In this document: positions 37,244 through 50,524 of the stretch, piece by piece
How the letters are laid out: each line of letters opens with the position of its first letter
How positions within the stretch are numbered: position 1 is the stretch's first letter
NCBI GenBank assembly: GCA_051313645.2
Contig: JBNRSN020000016.1
Span: 127,534,001-127,598,000 of the forward strand
DNA length: 64,000 nucleotides
Reading direction: 5' to 3'
From: Centroscyllium fabricii
Lineage: Eukaryota
The notes under the pieces: generated by a model
What the model was told of the DNA's origin: nothing
What the model saw: only the letters and a program-made list of their open reading frames with translations
The model's database searches: none
Position numbers and translations under genes: made by a program

Positions 37244-39008
37244 TCTCTAACAACCTCGTTAGAAATGCACCGGACACCAGGGAAGATGACATCAGGCTTG
37301 GCTGTGACAACCCCCCATAGACCAATAGTCGACACTCTTTGTCCCAGCTCATATGTTAGGTCACTTCAGGGGTGTACTAGAAAGCAAGGAGCTGCAGCCC
37401 AGCAGGGAAAGGAAAGTTGAAACCAAACCTAAACTGAATTTCATTATTTCACCAAAGCTTGTTCGAAGCACTGATGTACTGCAGCAGAGTTGGGGGAAAA
37501 CAGATGCAGAGGCCCGATCAGGTTCAGTGCTCCTCCTGAAGTGCAGGCATTAGACACCAAGTTCAGGCCAAGCACTACCCCCTATGGTAAGCTCAAGTGC
37601 AAGTAGGCTGCCAATCATTTAGGTGGGGGGGGGGGGGGGGGTTGGCAAGTCTAAGATGCAGCAAAAACAGAACTAGAGAACAAATCTCACTTTACACCAA
37701 CTTAAAACTTTCCATTCATTCTTAGAACAAAGGTGCAGCACAAGTTTATTTAAATAGCATGTATTGTATAAAAGCAAAATAAAATTACCGGAATTTCATT
37801 AACAATTTGAAGACGCTGAAAATATTAAACAGCTAAAGTGACAATGAATAGCCAAACACATGCCATTTCAATTGCTGGCATTTAAGTTACAGATTTACTA
37901 ACTTTATATATAGCCAGAGACAAATTCATTGCAGCCACAGTTATGACAAAGTTTGTGTCTCATTAGAGGCCTTTACACGATCCATTAATCTGGCAAGTTT
38001 CCCAGTTTTCTATTTCTCTCCAAAGCTCAGTCTACTTCCATGCTACCAACTGGAGAAAAATACTCCAAAGAAAATGAATGCATTTGTTGTACTTGCAGTT
38101 CCCCTCCCCCAGCAGCTGATTCATGTAAAAACTTGGCGACTCATCAAGTCAGGGCAGCTTAACCAAACCAGAATCGCAACAACAGCCACTGGCAAGGAGC
38201 ATCAGCAATAATGTAATGAGGACAAAAGCAACACAAGAGACCATCTCTGTTCTATGACATGCTTAACATTACATTTCATCGTCAAATGTGCATTTCGGAA
38301 GGTGCTTTACTGAATGCCAATATATCTGCACTGCAGTGAAAGGATCGTGTAAATACAGTCTTCACAGACATTTGGCAGCATGCCCAATTTATTGAGCATG
38401 GCTCATTTGGTAAAAGGAATGTAATATAATCCAGCCTCCATTTAAATGGTCTTTAGAATTATGTCAGATCTTTTTGAACTTGAAGAAATGAGCCAACTAA
38501 CTTTCAAGGCCTAAGGATCACAGTCTTTATAGTTAAATTGTGTCTGACATATAAATCACATTAGTAGAACCTAGATTATACATGAGGTTATCTGCATGCT
38601 TCTGAAATCAAGCCATGGCTGTTCAGTCAGCTCCTGAAAGTGGAACTGTTCCATAGTGTTAAGCCACTACTCACTTGGACAACAAAACACATTATGCCGT
38701 TCATCTTCACAAGTACTTTTAAATTATACCAAATCGGAATGGAAGGAAGCTTTGGTCAGATTGATGAATTACGCACTTCCAAATTGGGACTCTTCGTAAA
38801 GGTTGAATTTTGTGAAATTTATTTTATAAACCAATTTATAATGTACATAAAATTTATATTATATACATGCTCAGAATAAATTGTCACCATCTCAGTGAAA
38901 AAAATTGTAATGCAGTCCATTAAAAATTGATACAAGCACACATCTCTGCTCTGCCTCATTCTCGTATATACACCTTCAAACTCAAGCTTAAAGGATAGAA
39001 CTTGTAAA

Positions 39009-39234
39009 CAGGTTGTGCGGAATGTCAGTGGTCCGGCACAAATCCGTCTGGCCGGCCCACGTAATCCCAGGGACGCTCGCGCTGCGCGGGCCTCTTCCCC
39101 ACTGGTCTGCGCACGCGCGGTGGCCATTTTGAACGGTTTGTGCATGTGCTTGCTGAAGATTCAGTCGTTGGGATTTTTCACTAGTCCGCCACCGGCCTGG
39201 TCCCGACGGTGCCGGATTAATGGTGCGCAACCTG
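39009..39234. mobile_element. Tigger/pogo-like MITE, copy 3 (shortened)
   Basis: CAGGTTG... and CCGGATTAATGGTGCGCAACCTG|TA; GGCCATTTTGAA interior motif. Confidence 0.75.
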
Positions 39235-40471
39235 TACTTTACCGAGCCCGCCATCGGTTGAGTGGGTAAATGCAACTTGCCCAACTCACCAATCTTACCA
39301 TGAAAGAAGCACACACTTTTTGACTACGTCTCAAATAAGTCCAATGCTGTCTCCTCAATTTACAGTAAGGTCAAAATTTACAGTAGGGTTCACTGCATAA
39401 TAAATAGCACGAAGCCTGACTGTATTCTTCCCCCAGCCAGGGGCCACAGAACAGAGTCCAAAATCAGTAACTTATTGCTGCCCTAACTTACTCAGCATAG
39501 AATAGAGATGGAACCTGGGACATTTGCAATCTGTGTGGCTCACGACCACACCAGATGCACGCTCTGAACAAATGAGTCATCAGGGGACAAACTAAAGTTT
39601 GGGAGGCTAGGGAAGAACAGTGGAAGGAGCACATTTCTCAGCCTATGACATGGCTTTCTGGGGCCCTATGGCTCTCAGGCAAGGTTTAAGTCAACAGGGC
39701 GCATCCTGAAGCAACTGCACAGAAAACTGACAAAAAAGGCTAAAAGAATTCTTCCATTAACAAAAAAATTACACCAGAGACATTCCTTTTTATTTGCTGA
39801 GCTCCCTGAAGGAGGAGGTGGTTACTGCGCCAATAAGCACAAGAACCAAGCGGCAGCTTAGCGAAGGAGGTTGCGCAGAGCATGCCCGTGACAACTAACC
39901 CCCAGTGCCTTTGCCACAGCCTTGTATACAAGCACTGAGCATGGGTTATCTTTAAGGGAGTGGTCTTTCTGAATGTTGCTTAAACTTGAAATCTCCTTGT
40001 AACAGGACAAAAATCAAGCTGGAACATTCTGAAGGCCAGTGCACATTTGAACAGCCGATTCAGCGATCTTGAAACAGGCATCTCTAAGTAAAAAAAAATC
40101 ATTTTGGTAACGGAAATTAACAGACAAAATTCTATTGCTGGGAAGGACTTGTTACGCATCACGCAGTCAACAGATGGATAGTAAGAAGCATCCCAGCTCA
40201 TTTATAATAGCTCCGGCCCCAGGCTAAAGAGCCTTGCACACAAATTTCCTGCAATTACCCTGGTTTACAACAGATCTAAAATTACAACCAGAATTTTAGG
40301 CGCAGCAGAAAGGAGTCATTTTACTGGTGTTGCATTGCAATTTTCAGCCTTTAAAAAAAATCTTGAGACCAGCAGTTTCTTTGAATGCATTTCTATGGCA
40401 CCAGTATTAGCCACATTAAAAATTGAAAAAAGCTTCCACAAACCTGTATTAGAGGCAAAGGATGTACAACA

Positions 40472-40724
40472 ATATCCTATAACACCCCACATCAGGGTAA
40501 TGGGGATATCTGACGATATCCTATAATACCCACATCAGGGTAATGGGGATATCTGACGATATCCTATAATACCCACATCAGGGTAATGGGGATATCTGAC
40601 GATATCCTATAACACCCCACATCAGGGTAATGGGGATATATGACGATATCCTATAATACCCACATCAGGGTAACGGGGATATATGACAATATCCTACAAT
40701 ACCCCACATCAGAGCAATGGGGAT
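40472..40724. repeat. 43/44-bp minisatellite, ~6 copies
   Basis: Unit ATCCTATAA(T/CA)CCCCACATCAGGGTAATGGGGATATCTGACGAT. Confidence 0.92.
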
Positions 40725-41006
40725 GGATAGCTTGTTTTTCAGACTGCAGAGAAGTACAAGACTTAAAAGGATAATTGCTCTTTCTGGTATGTTAATGTCC
40801 TGGACTTGGGGTACAGGGCATGATTTCATAGACCGACTGGTGAAATGGGCAGACACATGACAGATGAAATTTAATGCAGAGAAATGTGAATTGATTCATT
40901 TTGGCAAAATGAATAGTGAGGAGGGGCAATCTAAACTAAATGGTACAAATTTAAAGGGGGTGCATGATCAGAGAGACCTGGAGGTATGCGCACACAAGTC
41001 TTTGAA

Positions 41007-42550
41007 ATTCAATTCAATTCAAGTTTTATTGTCATTGCAGAGTACTAGTACAATACAACAAGACGAAGACTCGACGCTCCCGAGAGTAGTGCAAATAAAT
41101 TACATGCAAATTGCATACAGTAAAGTACATTATCAGGCGTGCAGGTACCGGAGTTTTTTTTTTGTGTTTTTTTAATTTTTTTATATAGAGTTCAGGAGGC
41201 AGACAGCCCTGGGGAAGAAGCTGTTCTTAAATCTAGTCGTGCGGGTGCAAATTGATCTGTAGCGTCTCCCGGAGGGCAGGGGGGCGAACAGACTGTGGCT
41301 GGGGTGTGTGGGGTCGTTAATAATGTTCAGAGACCTCCGTAAGCAGCGTTTGAGGTAGGTGCTTTCCATTGACGGTAGCTGGGTACCGGTGATTCGTTGG
41401 GCAGTTTTGACTAACCGCTGCAGGGTTTTCCGGTCCGAGATAGTGCAATTACCATACCAGACAGTGATGCAGCTTGTCAGTATGCTTTCTATTGTGCAGC
41501 GGTAGAAGTTGGAGAGGATGCCGGATGACAGCCTGGCTTTCTTCAGCTTCCTTAGGAAGTACAGGCGCTGTTGGGCCTTCTTAACCAGAGAGGAGGTGTT
41601 TAGTGACCAGGAGAGATCTTCCGAGATGTGGACCCCGAGGAACTTGAAGCTGGACACCCTTTCCACCTCAGCCCCTTGGATGAAGATGGGGGTGTGTCTT
41701 CTGCTTCCAGTCCTCCGGAAGTCCACTATGATCTCCTTAGTTTCCTTGGTGTCCAGTGCCAGGTTGTTGTCGGCACACCAACCCACATGGCGCTGGACCT
41801 CATCCCTGTAGGCTGACTCGTCGTTGTTGGTGATCTGGCCAACCAGTCGTGTGTGAAGAGGGAGTAGAGGAGGGGGCTCAGCACAACCTTGTGGGGCCCC
41901 CCGTGTTCAGGGTAAGGGGGAGGGGGGGGGCGGAGGGGGGAGGTGAGGTTGCCTAACTTCACAGACTGTGGTCTGTTGGTTAGGAAGTCCAGGGTCCAGT
42001 TGCAGAGGGAGGTGTTCAGGCCGAGGGTGAGGAGTTCGTTAGACAATTTGCTGGGGACGATGGTGTTGAATGCTGAGCTGTAGTCAACAAACAGCATTCT
42101 GACATACGTATCTTTGCTATCCAGGTGGTTTAGTGCAGAGTGAAGAGCCGTAGTGATAGCATCTTCCGTAGATCTGTTCCCACGGTAGGCGAACTGGTAT
42201 TGGTCCAGGGCGGCGGGGATGCTGGCTTTGATGTGGGCCAGGACCAGCCGCTCGAAACACTTCATGATAATGGATGTAAGTGCGACAGGGCGGTAGTCGT
42301 TCAGGCACGTCACGGCCGTTTTCTTGGGCACAGGGATGGTGGTGGCGGTCTTGAAGCAGGTAGGGACAGCTGCCTTCGCCAGTGACAGGTTGAAGATGTC
42401 AGTGAAGACTTCAGCCAGTTGGTCGGCACATTCTGAGTGCCCGGCCGGGGATGCCGTGCGTTCACTCTACATAGAGCACCTCTTACGTCGGAGCAGGACA
42501 ATGTTAATGGCTGGTCTTCCGGGGATTGCAGGACTTTGGTGGCAATGCAT
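41007..42550 (-). mobile_element. Rex1/Babar-clade LINE, 5'-truncated
   Basis: [22 protein letters not shown]...[14 protein letters not shown]...[16 protein letters not shown]; [21 protein letters not shown]...KKAQQRLYFLRKL...FYRCTIESILT. Tail AATGACAATAAAACTTGAA(TTGAA)n; TTGAAA flanks both ends. Confidence 0.9.
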
Positions 42551-42554
42551 GTTG

Positions 42555-42945
42555 AAACATAGAAGATAGGAGCAGGAGTAGGCCATTCGGCCCCTCAAGC
42601 CTGCTCCACCATTTAATGAGATCATGGCTGATCATCCAAACTCAGTACCCTGTCCCGTCAATTTCCCTAACAATACTGATTTCATTCAGTTCCTCCCTCT
42701 CATTAGACCCTATGTTCCCCGAAATCTCTGGAAGGTTATTTGTATCGTCCTTTGTGAAGACAGAACCAAAGTATGTATTAAATTTTTCTGCCATTTCTTT
42801 GTTCCACATTATCAATTCCCCTGATTCTGACTGCAAGGGACCTACGCTTGACTTCACCAATCTTTTTCTCTTCACATATCTATAGAAGCTTTTACAGTCA
42901 GTTTTTATGTTCCCTGCAAGCTTACTCTCATATTCTACTTTCCCC
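42555..42945 (-). mobile_element. Internally deleted CR1 (3' tail joined to ORF2 interior)
   Basis: About 100-nt tail, then a jump to sequence matching 48900-49180 (KSFYRYVKRKR...VGPLQSESGE). Confidence 0.8.
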
Positions 42946-43232
42946 TCAACGCATACGGGATCCTTGGCTTGAAAAATAGAGGAAGAGTACAAAAGCAAGG
43001 AAGCTATGCGAAAACGTTATCATATACTGGTTAGGCCCCAGCTTAAGAAGTGTGTTCAATTCTGGGCATCACACTTTCAGAAGCACATCAAGGCCTTGGA
43101 GAGGGTGTAGAGGAGATTTACTAGAGTGGTACCAGGGATGAGGGACGTCAGTTATGTGGAGAGATTGGATAAGCTGGGGTTGTTTCCCTTGGAGCAGAGA
43201 AGGTCAAGAGGAGATTTAATAGGTTTAATAGT

Positions 43233-43611
43233 GGGCGGCACGGTGGCTAGCATTGTTGCCTCACAGCACTGGAGACCCGGGTTCAAATCCAGCCTCGGGT
43301 ACTATCTGTGTGGAGTTTGCACATTCTCCCCGTGTCTGCGTGGGTTTCCTCCGGGTGCTCCGGTTTCCTCCCCAGTCCAAAGATGTGCGGGGAAGGTTGA
43401 TTGGCCATGATAAATTGACCCTTAGTGTTAGGGGGATTGAATATGTTGGGTTACGGGGATAGGGTGGGGTATGTGTTGATGCAGGCTCGAGAGGGATATG
43501 GGGAGAGGGCAGGGCGGGATACTGGGTTTGGATGATCAGCCATGATCTCATTGAATGGCGGAGCAGGCTCGAAGGGCCGAATGGCCTACTCCTGCTCCTA
43601 GTTTCTATGTT
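43233..43611 (+). mobile_element. HE1-like SINE tail A
   Basis: Full copy of the family. Confidence 0.92.
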
Positions 43612-44891
43612 CAAAAATTATGAATGGTTTTATAAGAGTGAATAAGGAGAAGCTGTTTCCATTAGCAGGAGGGTCAGTAAACAGAGATCCCAGAGTTAAG
43701 GTGATTGGCAAAAGAACCAGAGGCGACACGAGGAAACATTTTTTCCACACAGCGACTTGTGATCGGGAATGCACGGCTTGACATGGTGGTGGAAGCAGAT
43801 TCAATAGTAACTTTCAAAAGGGAAATTTGATTCTATGACCATATCCTATATGAAACCCAACGTTGAATGTATCTGACTTTTACTGAGAAGCTCAGGTGAA
43901 GACCAAGGACTGTCGTGCCTGCTTAGATGGAGCAGGACAGAAGGGGAAGAGAATCATGAAGTAGTGATAAGATGGCAACAATCTTTGGGTTTTAAAAGCT
44001 TGCTGATTGCAGGAAGGTGAGAAGACCCTGTGGCAAGGAGATCCACAGTCTCAAAGTCCTGAGAAATAATGAGTTCTTGCAATAGGAGATATTGTGAGCA
44101 GTCTTCATGTCAATGCAGTGAGGATAGGGAGAGGCTATTGGGAGGTTAGGAGAATAAAAGAGGAAAGTTCAGTGAAGGACTGACCATTGTCAAATTGATA
44201 AAATAGAACCACGGTAGACCGACAGAGATTGGAGCCATCAGAAGAAACTTCTTTACCCAGAGGATGGCAGGAATGTGGAACCCGTTACCACAGGGAGTGG
44301 TTGAGGCAAATAGTATCGATGGATTTAAGGAGGCTGGATAAGCATGAGGGAGAAGGGAATAGAGGGTTACGCCAACGAGTTAGAGGAGGAAAGACGGGAG
44401 GAGCCTAGAGTCGAGCATAAACACCAGCATGGACTGGTTGGGCCGAATGACCTGTTTCTGTGCTGTATATCCTATGTAATGCATGTCCTTAATTAAACAT
44501 GCTGTGCCGAATGTGCATGAATGACTGTTTATGCCGATTTTTAGGTTCCAGAGTTAGGAAGGAAATTTATGCATAAATCGACACTGGCAAAGGGGGCACA
44601 CGAATGTGCGCAAGTTCCACCCCTTGTGAATCATTTTGTGCACGTTTGCAGCTGCACCTAAATATAGTCTGCAGCATCTGCTCACCTCGAATATTAGAAA
44701 AACAAGCTGAATAAAACATACATCCCAAGTAAGTAAGTGGACAAACCACTTCTTTGCCCTAAATCTTAATCCTCCAATCGCTTAGTGGGTAAATGCAAGA
44801 AGGAATGCCCCTAGTCTGGGCCATGAACTGCAGCAGCAGCGGGAGCATAATCGGTATCGAGCAGCCAGAAACCAAGGCTCGTGCTCTAACC

Positions 44892-45207
44892 CAGCGGTCC
44901 CCAACCTTTTTTGCACCACGGACTAGTTTCATGCAGGACAATTTTTCCACGGGCCGGGGGGGGGGGGGGGGGGGGGGGGGAAGAATTAGCTTGTGGGCTT
45001 AATTTATCGGTGCATGGAAAAAAACTGCGACTGAGACAAGTGCGGAAAAGAGGCACAGACGAAGGTGTCATTTTTCAAAATAAAACACCCTGCAGACTGC
45101 GATAGTCAATAAAATAAAAATGTAAACGTTTTTATTCTTTGTGCGGCCCGGTACCAAATGATCCACAGCCCGGTACCGGTCCGCGGCCCGGTAATTGGGG
45201 ACCCCGG
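44892..45207. mobile_element. hAT (Charlie/MER1-like) MITE
   Basis: TIRs CAGCGGTCCCCAA and TTGGGGACCCCGG; perfect 8-bp TSD CTCTAACC (44884-44891, 45208-45215). Confidence 0.9.
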
Positions 45208-45779
45208 CTCTAACCAGTACCCATTGACCCCGGTGGAAATGGGCACTAACAGATTTTTTGAGAGATGATTCGGGTCCGGTATGGTTTCCTTGCAGTTAAA
45301 AAACCTGCCATCATATGGGCAAGATATCAGAGGGCTCATACACCCAAGGAACAGGATATCATTCTAGGATGTCACCTTCAGGAAAGGAGACGAGAATGTT
45401 AACATATAAAAAAACTAAAGTTTATGGTTTGTTGTATTTTTAAAGAAGTAATTCAGCCACATCACTCTTGCAGAGATTTGTATCCTCATTTCTAAAAAGA
45501 AAGTAAAACCTACTTTTACATTAAAACCCCAACTACAAGTACACAATTCATTCCTACAACTTCACTTTGTGCATACAAATTATTTTCCTAACACGAAGGT
45601 ATGTCCTAGCAAGATAAAAGTTTTGGGTGTACCCACAAGCAACATTTGATCAGCAGCCCAAAATAAATTTACTGCTGGTGCAAGCATTCATTTAACTTTG
45701 AAACCACAATAGGAAAAATCAGTGCACAACATGAATAGATGATCGTTGTATTGCGCACACCCCTCTAATAACCCTTTGG

Positions 45780-46012
45780 TTGGTTATGGGGAAAGGACCT
45801 TAAGAACTTTGCGTGCAGGAGAGGCCGGAGCGGTGCGAGAACGGGACTTGTGATTGATGGCGCTGGTGAGGTGGCTGCCGTCTCACGGGCTCTGGGCAGC
45901 TTAGTGTTCTTTGTTGCGCGGTGCGTTCGAACCGTGAAAAAAGCATTTCACTGTCTAGATAACACTTGTTGTATTTAGTACACGTGACAAATAAAATTGA
46001 AATTGAAAATTG
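45780..46012 (+). mobile_element. Short non-autonomous retroelement with Rex1/RSg-1-like tail
   Basis: CpG-rich body ending AAGCATTTCACTGT...CACTTGTTGTATT...CACGTGACAAATAAAATTGAAATTGAAAATTG. 5' boundary uncertain. Confidence 0.55.
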
Positions 46013-47287
46013 GTGGGGGAAGACATGATAGACAAGTTATTGACATGGTAGTTGCCCAAATCCAAGGATGAGAGTTATGCTGGCTTTTAATATCGCCCCC
46101 CGCTTAGGACTCAGCAACTTTACACAACTGATAGCGGAGCCATACAAAACAGAAAGGTCCGAGGTTCAATCACCAGTTAAGTTAGCTGATCTCATCATTC
46201 TCTGGGTTAAGGAAAAAATCTTTGGCGAGGGCTCTAGCTCCCAAACACAACTGAGCGAGCCCCTACCGAAGTGTCCATGTATGCGACATGAGAACAGAAT
46301 TAGGCTTCACTGCAATTTTCTCCTCCCCCTCTCTCTCTCTCTCTCTCTCTCCCACCCCCCCCCTCTCTCCACCCCAAGTTGGCTATCTTGCTGTCCAGGC
46401 TTACACATGAATAGTTCCTCAGGTGCTACATTGGAGGGTGAAAAATGTTTATTAAATGTACAATGGATATGTTTGGACTTTTCTAACCATAAATTTATCA
46501 AACTGAAGAATGTAGGGCAGAGACTAGCAGCAGGCAGATATGTGGTAAATACAGTTCCAACATATGTTGTACATTTTGGAAGAGAACACCATAGCCTATT
46601 TCAGTAAAATTCCAAATGGAGTGGAGGAACATAGATCATGGATACACAAACTGCAAAATTATAGGTGCAAAAAACTTATAAACGCACAAATGGGATTGTG
46701 TTTTGGAACTAGGATTGTGAAAATAAAAACAAAGTGGCAATGAATACTGTAATCAGAAATAGACTTCAAGTGGTTTGCAATTTGGACACCCATCGACTTG
46801 CATTTATACAGTGCATTTAACATAGAAACACTCCCACGGTGATTCACAAAGGCCAAAAATAGATGTTGAGCCAAAGGAGGAGGTATTAAGAGGGGCGACA
46901 AAGTTCGAGTGGGTTTTAAGGAGCATCTTAAAGAGGGAATGGAGAGACAGAGGGGGTTAGGGAAGCAATGCCAAAGCACGGGGCCTAGGCAGCTGACGGC
47001 CCAGCTGTCAATGGTGAGGCGAAGGGAAAGGGGATGCACAAGAGGCCAGTCAGAGTAACGCGCGGTCAAAAGGCAGACTGTTAACCGGTCTGTTAAAAAC
47101 TCCATCCACCCCTTCGAAAGAAGATACGACAAGAAGAAGAGTAACGGAGAGCAATGGAAGGCGGCGCATTCATCTTCAGATAGGATAAATAAAACATTTA
47201 AACTAGAGAAGGCCGGGAGGGGGTGGAGAGAACAGAAGGGAGGAGGAGGGGACAGTGTGGAACTATTAGTGGAAAGTCAGGTCAATA

Positions 47288-49680
47288 CATAGAAATGGAA
47301 GATAGGAGTAGGCCGTTCGGCCCCGCGAGCCTGCTCCGCCATTTAATGTGATCATGGCTGATTAGCCAAATTCAGTACCCTGTCCTTGCTTTCGCCCCAT
47401 ATCCCTTCAGCCTTAAGAAATATATCTAACTCCTTCTTGAATATATTTAATGAATTGGCCTCTACTGCCTTCTGTGGTAGAGAATTCCACAGGTTCACCA
47501 CTCTGGGCGAAGAAAATCCTCCTCATCTCAGTCCTAAATGGCCTACCCCTTATCCTTAGACTGTGACCCCTGGTTCTGGACTCCCCAGCCATCGGGAACA
47601 TCCTTCCTGCATCTAGTTTCAATGATATCCCCTCTCATTCTTCTAAACTCAGCGAGTATAAGCCTAATCGACAATCTCTCCTCATACATCATTCCTGCTA
47701 TCCCAGGTTATCAGTCTGGTGAATCTTCGCTGCACTCCCTCCATGGCAAGAACATCCTACCTCAGATAAGGTGACCAAAACTGCACACAATACTCAAGGT
47801 GTGGCCTCACCAAGGCCCTGTACAACTGCAGCAAGAGATCCTTGCTCCTGTACTCGAATCCTTTCGCTACAACGGCCAACATACCATTTGTCGTCTTAAC
47901 CGCCTGCTGCACCTGCATGCTTACCATCAGCGACTGGTGCACAAGGACACCCAGGTCTCATTGCACTTCCCCTTCTCCCAATCTATTGTCGTTCAGATAA
48001 TAATCTGTCTTCCTGTTTTTGCCACCAAAGTGGATAACCTCGCATTTATCCACATTATATTGCATCTGCCATGCTTCTGCCCAATCGCCCAACCTGTCCA
48101 AATCATACTGGAGTTTCTCTGCATCCTCCTCACAGCACACACACCCACCCAGCTTTGTCTCATCTGCAAACTGGGAGATATTACATCTAGTTCCCTTGTC
48201 TAGATCATTATATATTGTGAATAGCTGGGGTCCTAGCATTGATCCCTGCAGTACCCCACTAGTCATGCCTGTCACTCGGAAAAAAGGCCTGTTTATTCCA
48301 ACCCTTTGCTTCCTGTCTGCCAAGTAGTTCTCTATCCAAGTCAGAGTCATACAGCACAGAAAGAGGCCCTTCGGCCCATCACGTCTGTGCCGCCAGCCCC
48401 AATCTGATGTGCTTTAACTTTGCACGCCAATCTCTTATGCGGAACCTTATCGAAAGCCTTCTGAAAGTCCAAATACACCACATTCACTGGTTCTCCCTTA
48501 TCCATTCTACCAATTACATCCTCAAAAAATTCCAGTAGATTAGTCAAGCAAGATTTACCTTTTGTAAATCCATGTCGACTTTGTCCAAGCCAGTCACTGT
48601 ATTCCAAGTGCTCTGCTGTTACATCTTTTATAATGGACTCTAGCATTTTCCCCACTACCGATGTCAGGCTTATAATTCCCCGTTTTCTCTCTACCACCTT
48701 TTTTAAATAGTGGGGTAACATTAGCTACCCTCCAATCCATGGGAACTGTTCCAGACTCTATAGAATTCTGGAAGATGACCAGCAATGCATCTACTATTTC
48801 TAGGGCCACTTCCTTAAGTACCCTAGGATGTAGATTATCAGGCCCTGGGGATTTATCGGTCTTCAATGCCATCAATTTCCCCAACACCATTTCCCTATAA
48901 ATACTGATTTCATTCAATTCCTCCTTCTCATTAGACCCTATGTGTCCCAACATCTCTGAAAGGTTTATTTGTTTGGTTCCGTCTTGTCCTTTGTGAAGAC
49001 AGAACCAAAGTATGTATTTAATTGGTCTGCCATCGTCCCCCATTCTAAATTGCCCTGATTCAGACTGCAAGGGACCTACGCTTGACTTTACCAATCTTTT
49101 TCTCTTCACATATCTATAGAAGCTTTTACAGTCAGTTTTTATGTTCCCTGCAAGCTTACTCTCATTCTATTTCCCCCCTCTTAATTAATCCCTTGGTCCT
49201 CCTTTGCTGAATCCTAAACTGCTCCCAATCCTCAGGTTTTCTGCTTTTTCTGGCCAATGTATATGTCCTCTCCTGGATCTTATGCTATCCCTAATTTCCC
49301 TTGTTAGCCACGGTTGAGTCACCTTTTTTGTTTTATATTATGCCAAACAGGGATGACCAAATTGTGTAGTTCATCCATGTGATCTTTGAATGTTTACCAT
49401 TGCCTATCCACCATCAACCCTTTAAGTAACATTCCCCAATCCATCCTAGCCAACTCGTGACTCTCACCATTGCAGTTTCCTTTATTTAAATTCAGGACCC
49501 TAGTCTCCGAGTCAACTACTTCACTCTCCATTTTAAATGAAGAATTCTATTATCTTATGATCGCTCCTCCCCAAGGGGCCTCGCACAACAACATTGCTAA
49601 TTAATCCTCTCTCGTTACAGAATACCCAGTCTAAGATGGCCTGATCTCCAGTTGGTTCCTCAACATATTGGTCCAGGAAT
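47288..49680 (-). mobile_element. CR1 LINE (HER1-like), 2.4 kb 5'-truncated, disrupted ORF2
   Basis: KSPGPDNLHPRVLKE, WRVANVTPLFKKG, HGFTKGKSCLTNLLEFFE, VVYLDFQKAFDKVPH, GVLQGSMLGPQLF, LYRALVRPHLEYCVQFWSPY. Confidence 0.93.
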
Positions 49681-50356
49681 TCCTCCTAGCAAGAACGGCA
49701 AGGAATTAACGAAGATGTACTTACAAAAGAAATAAAGTGAATAAGTTAGAAGTATTGATAAATAAAGAGCTAATAGATACCAAGAGCTACTGAAACTTGC
49801 TTAAGAGGATAAATGAGGAACAAATCTGGATAGCTATGGGTGCTGAAAGAGGATAGTGAAAGAAAGGTGTGGCCTGGCACTGTACATTGGGGAAACTGGT
49901 GCGTTGCTGAGAGAACAGAACTGCGAATTAGCAGAGGCTCTATGGACAGATCTGGAAGATAAAAAGGGGTAAATGTCAGCACTAGGTATAGAATACAGGC
50001 CACTGAAAATAAAACAAATGCACTGCCATGGAAGTTATAAAGATCAGTGCGGAGGCCTCCGTTGTAATGATGGGGATGGGATGTTAATCTTCTTGACGTA
50101 GACTGGGACTTACTGCAGGGACAATCTGTATTACTGAGGACATTTATTGAATTATTTTAAGGATCTTTTCTTAAACTGAAGCGCAGGAAACCCACAAGTG
50201 AGAAGACAAAACTGGAGGCAGATGACGATTTAGGGTGTTGTGATCATGAAGTTAGACTAAAATGAGAACAGAACAAATGAAGACTCAAGAACAATGCATA
50301 TGGGAGAGTTATAACCAGACTTACGAGTTTCTTAATGAAAGATCACGTTTACAAAC

Positions 50357-50524
50357 CTGAATAGCCTGCCGGCCTTGTTGCGCATCTGCTAACAACTGTA
50401 GGGTAATTTCTTTGGAGTCCTGTACGGCATCCTGGAGGTAGACAAAGCTGTGTCCTACATGACGGCTCATTGTGCATTCTCGACAAATCGGTACGGCGCA
50501 TGTATCACAGTACAGACGCATCAC
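50357..50524 (-). CDS. TRIM71: TRIM71 internal coding exon (168 nt, B-box2 and start of coiled coil)
   Basis: [56 protein letters not shown]. Acceptor ttttctcttccAG and donor CAG|GTTTGT. Phase 0-0. The upstream RING/B-box1 exon is not in the window. Confidence 0.95.

Larger units (their letters stand above)
40830..43830 (+). mobile_element. CR1 LINE 3' part fragmented by three later insertions
   Basis: MKFNAEKCELIHFG...QRDLEV at 40864-41005, resuming at ~42970 (EYKSKE...VQFW...RRFTRVVPGM) and again after the SINE at 43612. Confidence 0.75.
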
